From NCBI GenBank assembly GCA_036172245.1, contig JAYWIR010000057.1, positions 186,001 to 250,000 of the forward strand: a DNA stretch of 64,000 bases, in the 5' to 3' direction. The translations under genes and the position numbers were made by a program. This DNA is from Raillietiella orientalis (taxonomy: Eukaryota). The notes under the pieces were generated by a model. The model saw nothing but the letters and a program-made list of their open reading frames with translations. It searched no databases and was not told the DNA's origin. The stretch's first letter is position 1, and each line of letters opens with the position of its first letter. This document shows, in pieces, positions 1 through 13,172 of this stretch.

Positions 1-69
1 TCAGCGATGGAGTGGAGGAGGAGGCTGGTGGATCGCGGGCGTTCGTCTCCGGGAGCCTGGGGACAAGCA

Positions 70-139
70 AGCGCCGAGTGGGATTCGAATCCGCGACGCC
101 TGGTGTCACGCGCGGGAGCGGCAGCACCACATGGTCGCC
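70..139 (-). mobile_element. tRNA-derived SINE head (partial copy)
   Basis: B-box-like GATTCGAATCC plus the family 5' head sequence. Confidence 0.6.
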
Positions 140-2585
140 GGCGCGGGTAGCTGACCCGGGTCACACAGGGAGTTCCCTCTTTTCCGGTCCGTGAAAAACG
201 GGGAGAGGGACGCGAGGGAGGGAGGAAAGGAGGAGGAACGGCGCGCGCGGACGTCGGGGAGAGAGCGACGGACTGGCGAAGGAATGAACTCACCCTTTTT
301 CTTCCGAGAGCGGGGGGAGGAAGGAAAACGGGGATGAAAAGGGACCCCAGGTTCGCTTGGATCCGCACGCCCGGCAGATGCAGCTCTGCAACGAACCATC
401 TCGCGCGTGTTTTTTCCTTTCTTTCTTTCTTCTTCTTCTTCCTTTCCCCCTCCTTCTTTACGACTGGCTGCAAAAGGAAAGCTATTAAAATGGCGGAAGT
501 TGCCTCCCGCTGTCACTGGCGACAAGCAGTCTGGAAAAACCTGTCCTTGGGAATCTCTCTAAGGAGAGGAAACCTGATTTGAACCACGTGTGACTTTCTG
601 GCGGTGCGCGGACAAATTGCACGGGGAGAGAGACAGATGGCGCGAGTTTCCCACATCGCATCGGGTTACGCCCGCTCCTCGGCGAGCCTGGACTGCGCCG
701 CGCAGCGGCGCTCAGAGAGGGAGCGCGAGCCTCCCTGCCTGCGCTCTACCTGCACACCTCGGCAGGCTCCCGGCTAACCTGCCGTCTCAGCGCCCCCCCC
801 CCGTCGCCCCAGTGGGCGAGGGGAGGGGAGGTGGGAAGAAGAAGCCCCTCTGGAATCTCTCGCTCCCCGCACCGGGAGTTTCTCGCCTCTCCCGTTCCGG
901 CCGTTCCAGGGAGACGCTCCAAAGCGCCCCGGTCTGGGGGAAGGCCCCATTAGGAAGAGCAGTGCCTTCCGTTCGGCATGGGTTCTCCCCCTTCTTCCTT
1001 CCCGGAGAGGAAGGGGTGGATGGGGAACTTTCGCCTCGAAGAAAGATCGGTGGCCATGGGGACGCGACGAATCGTGGGGGGCACGGACTGGAAGGCGTTC
1101 TACGGAACTATGCCCCTCTTCCCCTCCGAAGATTAGCTTGGATATACGCGAGAAGATTGCTTTCGGCGAGGCGCCGTCTAAAAATAGCCCAGCGCCTCCC
1201 AACGGGCCGCCTCTGCTGCTGCGGCCGGGTTGCCCTGCCGCGCTGCGCGTCTTCCGCTGACTGTCTCTGGAGCCGCCCGAAGGAAGGAGCCGCTCGGGAA
1301 GGCCGTGCCAGGAGGAGGCACCGCAAGGATCGGAACGCTCTTCGCCGTCCTCAGGTTTGAACCCTGGAGCTCGACCGGGCGGGAATCCCAGAGCGGCGAG
1401 GCTATCTCGAATGAAAAACCGGGCCGCTCCGCTGGAGAGGGTCCGGCCTCGCGTCGCCATGGCACTCCGAGGGATCCAGGAGGATCGGGAGCCGCTTCGG
1501 GACGCGAAAAGGCGCCGCCTTCCGCCGTTCCCGGCTGTTCTACCCTGCACGCAACCGAGGGGATCGCACGAGTCGCCGACGACTTCGCGCGCGTTGCAAG
1601 GGGAGAAGGGGGGGGCGCGCTCCCGAAGCTTCCGGGACTCGCAAAGTGCCCGCAGCCGGGATCTCTCTCCCGGTTGACGTGGACATCGGTGCGCCTCTGG
1701 ACACCTCGGAGCGCCGGAGAAAAGCCGGGATGATGCCGGGATACGGGCTGGATCGAAACGAAATTTTTCCCGGACTTCTTCCTCCGCCTCTCTTGTCCCC
1801 CGACGGGGCCATGGCAACGAATGCGGCGGCTACTTGACCGTCGTCGCTACGCGCGGGAAGGAGAGGATGCCTGACTCTGCGTCGCCGCCGGCGCCCATAG
1901 TCCCTTGACAGGAGCAGTGGAAGCCTTCCCGGATTTCCGGGCCATTTGTCTGGAATTGGCAAATGAAATTCACGCGGCCAGAGGGGGAGAGGGTCCTCTC
2001 CACTGCCCTCTCTGGGGACAAGCAGGGCCAGGGGTGAGCGGAATTGCGGAGACGCGCAGGACCATAATAAATCAATAATAAACGGGGAAAGACGAGGCGC
2101 GCGTTGAATCCTGGAGGAGTGCAGGTCCCGCGGGGAGGGGGCGGAGTCCTTCCACCGCCCGTCGCATGAAGGCGGGCGGTGGGATCGACCCACGGTCGGC
2201 CCGACTCTCTGCCGCTGCTTCGATTTTAGGTGCTGACCGGGGAAGCGGCCGTCTTCGCCGAGGCTGACCCTCGCCCTTCAGGCTCCCCCCCCCTTCCCGA
2301 ATTTTGCGCACTCCATCACCGCCATGGCCCAGAGGAGCCCCTCGCGACTCACGCAGGGTCGAAGTTCGTGCGCAGTCGGTCCCCGCCGGGCCGCCTCTCC
2401 CTCAGGAGTGGTGGGTGATGGGTTGCCCGGTCCTCACTCGCCCGCTTGCTGCCGCTCCCGTCCTCCGTTTCCCTCCCGTTCCTCCTTTCCCCGCTGTCCA
2501 TCGCGCGCGTCCCTCCTCTCCCCGCGCGCCGAAGCCGCCGCCCGTCCCGCGGAGCGCTCGGCTTCGACCTCGGCCTTCCCCGCAG

Positions 2586-2647
2586 CCAATGGGGAGCGCG
2601 CATCCCGGAGATAAATTCCTCCCCTCCGCACGCGCGCGAAGCATTGG
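2586..2647 (+). promoter_or_regulatory. Putative FoxD proximal promoter: CCAAT box (2586-2590), GATAAA/TATA-like element (2610-2615), inverted CCAAT (2643-2647)
   Basis: Motifs lie 85-145 nt upstream of the FoxD ATG in GC-rich DNA; function is inferred from position only. Confidence 0.4.
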
Positions 2648-2730
2648 CTGGCGCCGGCGGAGAGCGCCGTCGCGATGCTGCCAGCCTGCCGCCTCAGAAG
2701 CGCGAGCGGCATCCGAGCGCGCGCGTCGCC

Positions 2731-3552
2731 ATGCTGCAGCCGCTGGACCTGGCCAAGGTGGACGACGAGGAGCTGCAGGTCGGCGCGGAGGAAGCAAGTG
2801 GCGGCCGGAGTGCATCCGTGAAGCCCCCCTACTCCTACATCGCCCTCATCACCATGTCCATCCTGAACGCCCCGGGCAGGCGCCTCACTCTCAGCGGCAT
2901 CTGCGAGTTCATCATGAGCCGCTTCCCGTACTACCGGGAGCGGTTCCCGGCGTGGCAGAACTCCATCCGGCACAACCTCAGCCTCAACGACTGCTTCGTG
3001 AAGGTCCCGCGGGAGCCCGGGAACCCAGGAAAGGGGAACTACTGGACCCTGGACCCGGCCGCCGAGGACATGTTCGACAACGGCAGCTTCCTGAGGAGGC
3101 GGAAGCGCTACAAGAGGATGGCGGCCTCTGCGGCGGCCGGGAGGCACGCGGCAGCCTACCACCAGCTCGCCGTCTGCCCCTTCCTCTTCCCCCCGGCGGT
3201 GCCGTCGCCCTACTCCTATCTGCTCCCCTACGCCCCGGTGGTGACCCACGCCCGCTTCCCCTCAGTGCAGCCCGCAGCGGTGACTTTCGGAAGCTTCGCC
3301 GCCGCCAAGCCGGCGGGAGGCGAACCCGCGACCAAGTTCCCCAAACCGGCCTTCACGATCGAGAGGCTGCTGGCCAAGCAGGACGGCCCCAGGCAAGATG
3401 ACGACGACTCCCTCGGCACGGGTCGGGCGAATGGTTTTTTTTTCCGCCACGACCCCGGCCACGGTGTCTTCCAGCCGCTTGGCGCCCTGCCGGACTCCCT
3501 GGGGATTTATCGATACTACCTGCGCGACGTCGCCCTGCCCTGGTGCAGGTGA
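2731..3552 (+). CDS. FoxD: Forkhead box D-class transcription factor (FoxD3/fd59A/unc-130-like), 273 aa, apparently single exon
   Basis: ATG in good context (gtcgccATG) at 2731. Forkhead domain 2821-3117 [12 protein letters not shown]...[58 protein letters not shown] carries FoxD-diagnostic segments. C-terminal eh1-like motif FTIERLL at 3352-3372. Stop TGA 3550-3552. Confidence 0.93.
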   Translation: MLQPLDLAKVDDEELQVGAEEASGGRSASVKPPYSYIALITMSILNAPGRRLTLSGICEFIMSRFPYYRERFPAWQNSIRHNLSLNDCFVKVPREPGNPGKGNYWTLDPAAEDMFDNGSFLRRRKRYKRMAASAAAGRHAAAYHQLAVCPFLFPPAVPSPYSYLLPYAPVVTHARFPSVQPAAVTFGSFAAAKPAGGEPATKFPKPAFTIERLLAKQDGPRQDDDDSLGTGRANGFFFRHDPGHGVFQPLGALPDSLGIYRYYLRDVALPWCR

Positions 3553-3659
3553 GCCACCCCCACCCCTTTCTTCCCACCTCCTACGATCCTCGCTAATGAG
3601 TTCCCCGTCTGTGATACGATAGGAGGAGGAGGAGCGGATGCTCCTCCGGGAAGTGCGGA

Positions 3660-3665
3660 AATAAA
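3660..3665 (+). terminator. Putative polyadenylation signal for FoxD
   Basis: AATAAA about 110 nt downstream of the FoxD stop. Confidence 0.5.
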
Positions 3666-5599
3666 GGGATTTTCTGGCTACTGATGCTGAGACATTGCTG
3701 ATCTGGGGCCGGGTGGTGTCCGGACACGCTCGCATGCACTCCCCTAGCGGTGGGTGGGCGGGGTAGGCGCGGGGGTCGACGCGTTTTACCAGGCGAGGTT
3801 TCCCGCGCGTTTCACCCGTCTCCCTCCCTCCCATCCGAATCGAGCCAAACGGGGACCGGTCCAGAGGATGCCACCCAGTCAGAACCGAGACGCGCATCTT
3901 GACCCTGTTCCCGGCATCCCCCCTGTCCAGAACGAAAACGGATCCCGCCTACGCGGGGCCAGCGCTCCCCTCCCTCCGCAGGGAAGAAACGCCTCCGGCA
4001 TTGTTCACGTCGAGCCGTTCGCTTCCTCGGCGGACCCTCCATAAACCTCCCCTTTCCTGGCGTGGCCGATCCTCTCTCCTCCCCACCGCTTGTGCCACTG
4101 CCCACCGGTGGACTCTTCGCCCGTCCCGGGCAGCAGCCCGCCCAGGTCCATATACGCGTGTTTTCTTGGAGGCAGCGACCATTTTGTTCGCCGCCGCTAC
4201 GGGACGAACGACGCTCTCCGAGTCGATCAGAGATGCGCATCCGGAGAAAGGCAGTGGACTCGGGCCGAACTCTCCTCCCCCCCTTGAAGACGCAACATCG
4301 GGTAATTTCTTGTGGAGAGCTCACATCCGGTTTCCGGGAGCACCCAGTTTCCGAGAACCTCCGACTGGGCTTTGTGCTGGAGGATGTATACGAGAGCGGC
4401 TCTTCGGATTCCTTTCGCTTCCGGTCGCCGCCGCTGCCCGCTCAGGGAAGCTTCAGAGGGCGACCTGCAAGCCTCGCGGCGCGCTGCGAGCGCACCGCGA
4501 GGCTTTCCCGGGATTGCCCCGGAAACGGCTGGTGGAGGGAATTCCTCGCACCCGAAAGATGCGAATTTTTACACTGGGAGGGGGGATCCGGAGGCTTCGG
4601 ATGCTGTCCGCGCTATCATTCTTTTCCCTCCCCTTTTCCTGCACGCGAGGCGTCTTCTGGCAGCTTGGTGCTCGGTGAAAGGACATTCGAGAGGCGCAAA
4701 GCGTTGCCTAGCAGCCGCCGAGGAGCGCACGCTGCGATCAAACGAGGGATCTTGTGCGTTCGAGGGCACGCTTCGGCGGTATCCCCAAGGCCATGAGGAA
4801 CTCTTGCTTTGGCCTCGGGCGGCCGGAGAAGCGGTCCGTTCGGCATCCCAGGGGCGCGGGTGGAGCGTGGCAGGATTCCGACGGAACCGGGAGAGGCTGC
4901 GATGACCTCTCCGGTCACGGGACGAGCCGCGCTCGACTGACGGGGCGATTGAGGGCACCTCCCGCCCCTTGCCTCCCTCGGATCCTTCTTAAGCTCTCGG
5001 GAAAGCGGATGAGCAGGAAGGATGCGAGAATGCGTCTGCCTTTCCTTCCTGCAGCCTCCGCTTCCTCGCATCCCCGGGAACGAATGGATTCTCCGAACGG
5101 GCGGGATCCCCTTTCAGGGGAGTGGTCGTTTCTCTCCTTTGCCTGACCTGACTCTTCCTCCTCCTCCTCCCCTCTCGCCCGATACCCGCCTCCTCCCGTG
5201 CTCCGAGCGGGAGCGATTCCGTCCGGAGATGGAGCAAGAGCAGGGGTGCGAGGAGCATCCCGAACGCAGGTCCCACGTGGTGCTTCGCGGAGAAGGCGCA
5301 AGCTTGACTGGGTTTCGGGTATCCAAGTGAGCCAAGCCATCTGCTCCCGAAGAGACGGTTCCATCCCGCGTGATCTGCGGCGGGTTTCTTCCTTCTCCCG
5401 AAGACACGGGAGGAGCGCGCTCTTCCGGGATGCAACCCGCTTTGTTGGCTCCCTCTCCCTCCCGCTCCGAGAGCAAACTTCGGGGATTCGGTGCGTCCGA
5501 AGTTCGCTCGCCTCCGTTTCGGAAGGGAAAGATAACTGGGAGGACGAGTGGGAGCGGCAGTGAGATCCGTCCGACCCTCAAAATCCTCGGCAAAGTGAA

Positions 5600-8500
5600 T
5601 CCGTTCTTGAGGGTGCAGCTCAGGATTCATTCGTAAGGTCGCGGGACGCGCGTTCCCTGCTCCTCTCGAGGACGCGCTTCCCATGTGGATCGGCAAGAGC
5701 GCACGGAAGTTGAAGTTCCCTTACCCGAGACGGCTGGCGCTCTGAGAGGACGCAGTCTCCACGGAGACTCTGAGAAGTCCCGGTTCGTCCCTTGTCTCAC
5801 ATTCCCACAGTGGTGCTCCTCCCACTCTGCGGAATCCTCTGCCACGAGGGAGGACACCTCACCGCGACCACCCCCCGGACGCGTTATCGGTGTGAGTTTG
5901 AGGTTCTCGCGTGGGGATTTCCGGGCAGGCGGCTAGGAGAAGAGGCGATTGGTGGGCACCCGTTGCTACCCAACTGCCGCCGCCGGGCGTCCAGGGAACC
6001 GACAGCTCGTGCGAGCGGAGATTTGTCGAGCGGGACGCCTCCCCAGCTTCGGTAGCCTCCTCCGCGCTGAGGTGACGCTTTCTAACGCCCTACGAGCCTT
6101 TCCGGAACCAGAGGAGTCGTTTACGGCCGTGTCTTGGAGGTTGTTTCGTTTTGGCGAGTCCCGGGGTTGAAGTCCGGGGGGCATTCAGAGACCTGCAGTC
6201 GACTTCCGGGCAGTGGATTCGAGCCGCGAGAGAATCCAAGGCGCGCGCATCTTTCTCGACCTTCCCGAACGGCAAATTCCTCGGGACGAATTTCTCTTTG
6301 AAGTGCCTGCCGCTTCGGGAGGGTTGCGTCGGGACAGTTCATCCCGTAGGACCGTCCCACCCCCAGTCTACCCTTCCGCGCTCGCATCCTTTGGACGCGC
6401 TCCCGGTCCAGCACGCAAAGATCTGTTTGCGGTGGTCAAGTAACCGATCATGAATCACCGAGTTCCTTGCTGATCTTGTTAAACAATCCGTCCACGGAAC
6501 CGAGGCCGCGAGACGGATAAACGCTCGGGTACTTTGGGTTTTTCCCCCTTTCTCCCCCGGGATGCTCGGTTGATCAGGAAGTGCTCCTCCGTCCTTTGTC
6601 TCGATGCCGGAGGTGGACAGGTTGCAGAGGTAGGGTGAGAGAGGATTCTGGCGCGGACGCGCGGTTCTGGCCAGGTCGCAGTTCTCCTTCTTGCATCTGC
6701 TGCTCTCCGAAGTAGCAGTTCCGGAAGGGTCCTTGGAAACGACGCTGTTCGGCTGGTGTCGCTCGCTGGAAGAACGAGCGATCCTCTGTTCGCAGCTGGC
6801 CTGCATCAGCGCTAGACGTCGGGATGTCGACAGCTCACAAGCAGCCCAGAAGAGGACTGAGCGGCTCATCTTCTCTTTGTTTCCTTTTCGAATCTGCTGG
6901 TGCTTCCTCTCGTGTTGGTTTTTTGGTCAACGGAAGAGGAGGAATCTGACCCATCCGTTGCCTTACCGTCCTTGTCCGTCCGTGATCTCTGGCCGTGTGT
7001 ATTTTCTTGATCGTTTCGCCGGTTCCTCCAGCAGCAGCAGCAGCAGCAGATGGGCAAATGATTGGTTTTCCCTTGACCAAGTTTCTGGATTTCAGCATCC
7101 GTGAGTTTCCTCCACCGCTTCCCTCGCGTCCTTAAGAAGTCATCTGAGGGGGAGAGCTCCCACGGGGCCCATGGTGACGAGGTGCCACAGAAACGCAAAG
7201 GAATCCGCCAAAGCAATTTCTCGAGCTTCGCTTCTGATTGCTTCGGGGAGTCGGAGGCAGTCGTCGCTATAAAGATCCGAAACGACGCTTTTTTCCACGT
7301 TCCGTTTCGCACGGCTTCTGCGGCGCTGAGGCTACGTGGGAGAAATCATTCTTTGCGCTCGCTCGAGGCGCGGCAGGACTCGATCTTCTCTGGAAACAAA
7401 TGCGGCTATTAAGTGATGACGGTTCCGGAAAGAAACCTAGACTGCCCCTGAGAGATGGCTGTGAATGCTCTTCAGGATTCTTCTCCCTTAGGTTCCATTT
7501 CGTAAGCAACCAAGCCGCGGGACCCCTTTTCTGAGGTGTCCCTGGCCGTCAAAGGATTCCTTGCTCCCTGTCTCGTGTGCAGCATCGAAGGGGATCCCTT
7601 CCCTTTCTGAAGCATTCTGGCAGGAAGCGCGTCAAAGTGCTTCGGGATGCGTTCCAGACATGCTGCGTGGAGTTCTTCCCGATTCTTCAACAAATGTCGC
7701 TCCCGAGGGAAAAAAAATGCCCCTCTGAACTTTCCAGAATTGCATGTTTGGGGTGCAGCGGCGAGCATCAGGTAACTCTGCCTCCCCCCGGAACGCTTGC
7801 AGGAAGTTGCTGCCCTACTGCGGGTTTTCTACGTGGCGTTACTCGTGCTTGGATGCAGCGGAATTTCTGTTCGATTCCAGGGATGCCTTCAACAGGTTTC
7901 GCTCTTCGGTAGGTGCTGACATTCTCGTCGTCGGGGACTTCGTTACTTCTGGTACCTACTAAGACTATTCCTCTTAGCTAGGCTATAGGGTACACCGAGG
8001 TGAATAAGGAGGAGAAGCCATTCTCCCCAGGGCCCCAAGGGTTCGATGACATTTTCTCGAGAGGATCCATGCGATCCGCGCTCCAGGCGCCGTTCCTCTT
8101 TGCAGGCCGGAAACAAGGAAGGCACCTCTCCTCCCGATTCTTCCAATCCAGAAGTTAAAATTAGCAGTGATGGAACAGTGGAGCTTGTTCCAGACCCGCA
8201 AGCGCCTAGCCATTTTCGAGAGAGATTCGAAATTTGCCGACTCTGGCCGTCCATCCTTGGAGCTACCGATCGGTTCCACACGCCAAAGAGATGCAGCAGC
8301 CGCGAGATGGGAGACAGTGCAACCACTTCCTCCGCTTCCTTTTCACTGGCCTCTGCCACCGCAGATCCAGCTTTCTCTCGCATGGTGGCTCAGACCAGAG
8401 GCATCCCTGAAAGTCTCCTACTCAAAGTGCTTCAAGCGCAGGGTTGCGTTGCTAATCAGTCTGCGGATCCGCAACTGAAGGGGGTTGACAAACAGGAGCA

Positions 8501-9500
8501 AAGTGGAGATGCGTTCGACATGAGGCGGGAGACCTGGTTTGCTCAGCTCTCAAGTGTATGTCGAAGAATGCTGCAGGATACTCGGTTGAAAACAAGTCCG
8601 GTCTTCCGCTGGAGAGAGGCAGCAGCGACAACTTTCTGCAGAGCTTCCTCAAAGGAAAAGCCTAGTGCTTCGGAGGTTGCAACCGAATGCAAAGGGCATT
8701 TTAGATTCTAGGAGCGACTCGTAGCATTTCGAAGCTCAGAAACGCCGAATCCTTAAGAGAATCACTCTGCCAAGGTTCCGATCTTCCAGATGGGATCCGC
8801 TTACCAGAAAACGATCCATGAGGAACTCGCACCAGCTCTTGCTTCTTTCCCGGATGATCACTCGAAAGTCTGAGGCGCTCTTCTCAGTTTCCCATTCACA
8901 GAACTCGGTGCTGACAGCTCCCTTTCTGACAAAACTCTCAAGCTCTTCCATGCCCAGCAATTCCGAAAGTGACGGAACCTATTGGAGCGAACTCCATCAT
9001 CGTAAAACCCTTCCATCGCCATCTGTGGTGTCCGCGTCCCATTTCTTTGCTCTTCTCTGCCAGCGAATGGCGTTCAATGACCGATAAGTGGTCCTGCTCT
9101 TGCGTGCGAACGCTTCCCTTTCTGAGCACCTTCGTTATCGGAACTGAAGGGTTGCTCGGAGAGGATTTGTTTCACAACGAAAGCCAGTCAATCAATTCCT
9201 TCCTCATCACCGGCGATGCTGTCGTTTGTTGCTTCTGTACTTGGAGGGATACCTTGGAATACACAGAGAATCGTTGTCGCTTATTCAAAGGATAATATTC
9301 CTGATCTTCTGCTGAAGTCCATTCTGAGGTAGGCCTCAGCAACAAAGATCCTCATGGACAAAAGGCCAAAGACGGCGTGCCCTCTCATGTTCTTCTTAGG
9401 CACCTCGATAGAATCTTCCATCTTCCATCGCTGGGAGCGGAAAGTAGGAGTGGTTTCTGAGCATCTTGAAAGGAAGAACTTGTCGGGAAGATGGACCAGC
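5600..9500 (-). mobile_element. Highly degenerate non-LTR retrotransposon (RTE-like LINE), near full length
   Basis: Residual motifs in the expected order on the minus strand: APE-like segments (~8800-9400); PxKKG; LGFFPEPSSLNSRICF (cf. QxGFRxGRSTxDxIF, ~7400); RPRQNPLSPYLCNL (cf. GVRQGxxLSPxLFNL, ~6630-6670); EIxxRI-like (~6290); GHVxR-like (~5800). Many stops and frameshifts; boundaries approximate. Confidence 0.6.
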
Positions 9501-11039
9501 GGCAGCAGAGGGAGCTCTTAATGCATTCCTGTGAGCATTCCTGGTCCAGGAGAGGCTGGATCCATTCCTGGTGTCTCTGCCTGTTCTGTTTCCTTGCCTA
9601 GTTCCTCTGCCGTTCTTATCGCATAGTTACTTTCCCCCTTTTCTTCTCCCTCCCCTCATTCTCTGGAGCTCGAGGACCTCAGTCGCTGCTTTTGTGGTAG
9701 CTGTTGACTTTGCGCACTACGCGAATCCCTGACTCTGGAGCATTGCAGCTTTCGTCTCGTTAGATGGACGCTGCTCCTCGCTAGTGGGACAACCCCTAAA
9801 AAAAGGTGCAACCATAGAAGCGGCGTTTGCTCCTTCGGAACGAGGTCGAAGCGTTGCGTCAGCATCGGCGCCTACCACTGACCATCCGGGAGCGTCGGGT
9901 TGGGGAACGCCTTTTATTCTTGTTCAACACCATGAGAGCACTTAGGGCACCTCTTATAGAGCTGACGTTGCTCGCCAAGACGACTACGGCGCTTCCACCT
10001 GGCCGTTCTGGAAAGAAGGGACGGGCTAGTGGAGAAGGCAGCCAGTGGACCGAGAGCGCACGGTTTTCGAGAGTATTCCACAGTATTCCACATCCGAGAG
10101 CAGCCTCGGAAAAGCGGAAAACATCCCCTTGGTCGCTGAGCGACGTTGCCAAGGCATCCCCTGAGGATCTGGGCGGGAGCTGCTGAGGACGCTCCGCTTC
10201 TTTCACCTCGACGTTTTATTTGCTCAAACGCCTCCTTGAAAGTAACGACTGCGCAGAACACCTGACGACCCGGTAATCTATTGGAAGGGAGAATTCCGTT
10301 TCCGTCCTGCCTCTGGGATAGGAAACTTTGTTTCAAGGGAACGGCATCTCTGTATTCTGTACCATTACTGAAAGCAAATATTTGGCAAGAGGATAATCAA
10401 CATCACTTCCAGTGTTGCCTCGACAACGCACTGTTTCAGCTGCAAAGAGAAATGAAGGGAAAAGCGCATAAATAGAACCGCGGAGAGATGGCAACGAGGC
10501 TATTAGTTACGGGAAAGCAAATCACGTGTCAGCAAAATGGCAGCAGTGAAACGCCCCAAAAGTTCCCGAGGAAGAATCCTCCAGCGAACTTTCGGGAATT
10601 CGACAGGAGCACTGCGATCCCGGAAGGCGGAGTCGCCCGACGTGTCGAACCCGGAATCCCTTTGTGCTTACTATGCCCTCGGTAGACTTCGATCCCGTGC
10701 CTTCCCGGACTCCGTCGCGGATTCACCAGACGCATGTCACGCGAGTCTCAGCGTCTTCTTTCATCTTTCGTTTCCTTCTTCCTCCCCCTCTCCTCTACCT
10801 CCTTTCTTCCTTTTGTTAGGTTGTATTTGGAGCGCTCAGGATCCTCGCAGCCGGCGGCAGGAGCCCGCAGGAAACGACAGGAATTGCAGGGAACTCCCTG
10901 ACGACGAACGGCAGCATCTCTTCGAGACATATGTCTAGGCTGCTTGTCCCACAGGGTGCCTTCTGGGTGTGATGGGGGTGGACGAGAGGTGGACCAGGAA
11001 ATTCCAGGCACGAGAAACAACACAGCACTCCTTTCTATA

Positions 11040-11345
11040 AACTCCTTCCCTTCTTTAGACCTTCTCCCTTCCATCTACTCGCTCTCTTCCATCTACTTCC
11101 TCCCTTCTATCGACTCTCTTCCTACCATCTACTCGCTCCTTTCTAAGACTCTCACTCCTTCATCTACTCGCTCCCCTCCATCTACTTCCTTACTTCTAAC
11201 GCCTTGCTCCCTTCCACCTATTTCCTCATTTCTATTGACTCTCTCTCTCTTCCATTTACTTATTCTCTTCTATCACCTTCCATCTATTTTCTCCCTCCCA
11301 TCGACTCTCTACCTTCCATCTACTCGCTCCTTCTACTCGCTTCCT
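11040..11345 (+). repeat. Degenerate pyrimidine-rich minisatellite (core ccatctactcgct, period ~17-18 nt)
   Basis: About 10 recurrences of ccatctact/ccatctatt variants. Confidence 0.8.
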
Positions 11346-13107
11346 GCCTTGCTCAGAAGTGACGGCAAGCCCAAGATGGTCTTTTCTTGCTCTGTTTCTA
11401 TGCCAACGGTTGCCGACCATCCAGGCAGCATGCACGTGGACAGGTAGCCTCCAAAATCCTTCACGGCGTGGGCTGCCTTGGCACCGAAGGCGGGAGGCCT
11501 GCTCTCCTCCACGTCTTCTGGTAACCGTCAGGAAGCATCCCGTGCTTACCACCCCGCAATGGGCTGGTTGCATCCTGAAAAGTCTCCGGCAATCTCGGCA
11601 ACCGCAGAGACCCTACGGCAGGACACGCAGCATCAGAGTCTGAGCCGGTGACTCGCGTGCCGTGCGGCTTCCCTCCCCTCCCCCCTGCTGAAGAGCAGCA
11701 AGAGCCAAGAAGGCGGAGGAAGGAAGGTAAGAAGGAGGAGAAAGGGAGGAGGGGGAGGAGAGGGGAAGAATAGAACGATGTTAACTCGACGAATTGATGC
11801 GCGTTCCGGGAGCGCCGCCGTAGAAACGCTGCGTTCCGCCTCGTTCCCAAAGCGACGATCCTGTGTCATGTGGCGTGCTCTTGATGGATGGCAAGCAGTC
11901 GCGTTAGCGCTCGCTGCGCCCCCTCCTTGCCAGCTGAAGACGAATGATGATCCATCATCCGGATGCGCACACACGCTCAGGTGGCAAGGCGAGCCGTCCC
12001 CCTGGAAACCATCCGTCTCCCCGAGTGCGGGAACGCGCGCTTCGCGTCCAGCGTGACGCCGAGAGTCCTCCCCATTCGCTCCAGAAGAGGGGAGAGGACA
12101 CCCACGCTTCTCGCTTGCGTACTGCCGCCCCCGACTCCCTGAGGATCCCGCGTCGCTCGGAAACCTGAAAGAAGCGTTGTGAGAGAGGCAAACGCACCAC
12201 CAGGAGGAGCCTCTCGAAGTCCCTGACGCAAGTGACCAGGGAGGAGGATGCCTCCCCTCGCGGAGAGAGCGTTCACCTGCGCCGGAGGGTGCGGCCTCCC
12301 TTCTGGGGACAAACCCATTAAGCGGGGGCTGAGGTTATTTCCGTCCGGTCGCTCTCCCCCTTATCCCTCCCCTTCCTGCTCGAATATCCGTCCTTCTTGG
12401 GTCCTCGGAGTCACGGAGCTTCCACGGAAAAGTCACCAATCACGGGAGAATCCGATGGCTTGCTTCCTGGGGCAGGGGGACATCGTCTGTCGGTATCCTG
12501 GTTACGGTGCTCGGCTGAGCTACAATTGGCTGACGCCGGAGCACCTCCTCGCGGTCGGTCCGCGGGCTGACGGCTGCTTCAGGGCTCACGGCGCCTCGGA
12601 GGTGGTGGCGCCGCCTCAGACTACAGGGAGCTCTTGGAGGAGTTTGTGCCAGAAGCAGCTCGTCTTCTTCAAGAGGTCCTCCCAGGAAACCATGGTTCCG
12701 TGATGATGATGGTAGGGAGGGAGGAAAGAGGGGAGGATCTCGCATCCTCTGCAGTCAGGGCTCGTCTTGGAGGAGCGTAGATGCCCGAGGGCACTGTGTT
12801 TCCCGGGGAATGGAAGGTCGCATTCTCACCTTCCGAGGCCTCCGTCTAGCAGGCGGCCTGCATCACACGGCGGGCGCGCGTGCCCTTACATGGAGCGACC
12901 TCTTGAGACCGGGTCCAGACGTTTCTGCACGCGCCCAGAATTTGCTGGAGTGAGGCTGAATCCACGAGGATGCACGCGTCCGTCCTCGCATCGGCGGCAG
13001 TACCTGTCCTAGCGTTTCCCCGGATGGAGCATCCATCCGAGGTGGGAGCCAGGGGTGCAGATTCGTCAGCAGTAACGACGACGATTCGTGGCGCAAAAGA
13101 CAAAAGG

Positions 13108-13110
<3 letters not shown>

Positions 13111-13166
<56 letters not shown>
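13111..13166. repeat. (AT)28 microsatellite
   Basis: Direct observation. Confidence 0.97.

Positions 13167-13172
<6 letters not shown>

Noticed and set aside
2446..2730. N-terminal extension of the FoxD ORF (368 aa in the track)
   Set aside because: Starts at a non-ATG codon and overlaps promoter-like CCAAT elements; the first in-frame ATG in good context is at 2731.
7900..7960. Plus-strand ILVVGDF motif resembling an APE endonuclease
   Set aside because: Isolated, and lies within a LINE relic whose other motifs read on the minus strand; probably chance.
11040..11345. Possible CRISPR-like array or Ser/Leu/Pro-rich coding repeat (ORF 10944-11447)
   Set aside because: Eukaryotic context, degenerate tandem units without unique spacers, no cas genes; a simple minisatellite.
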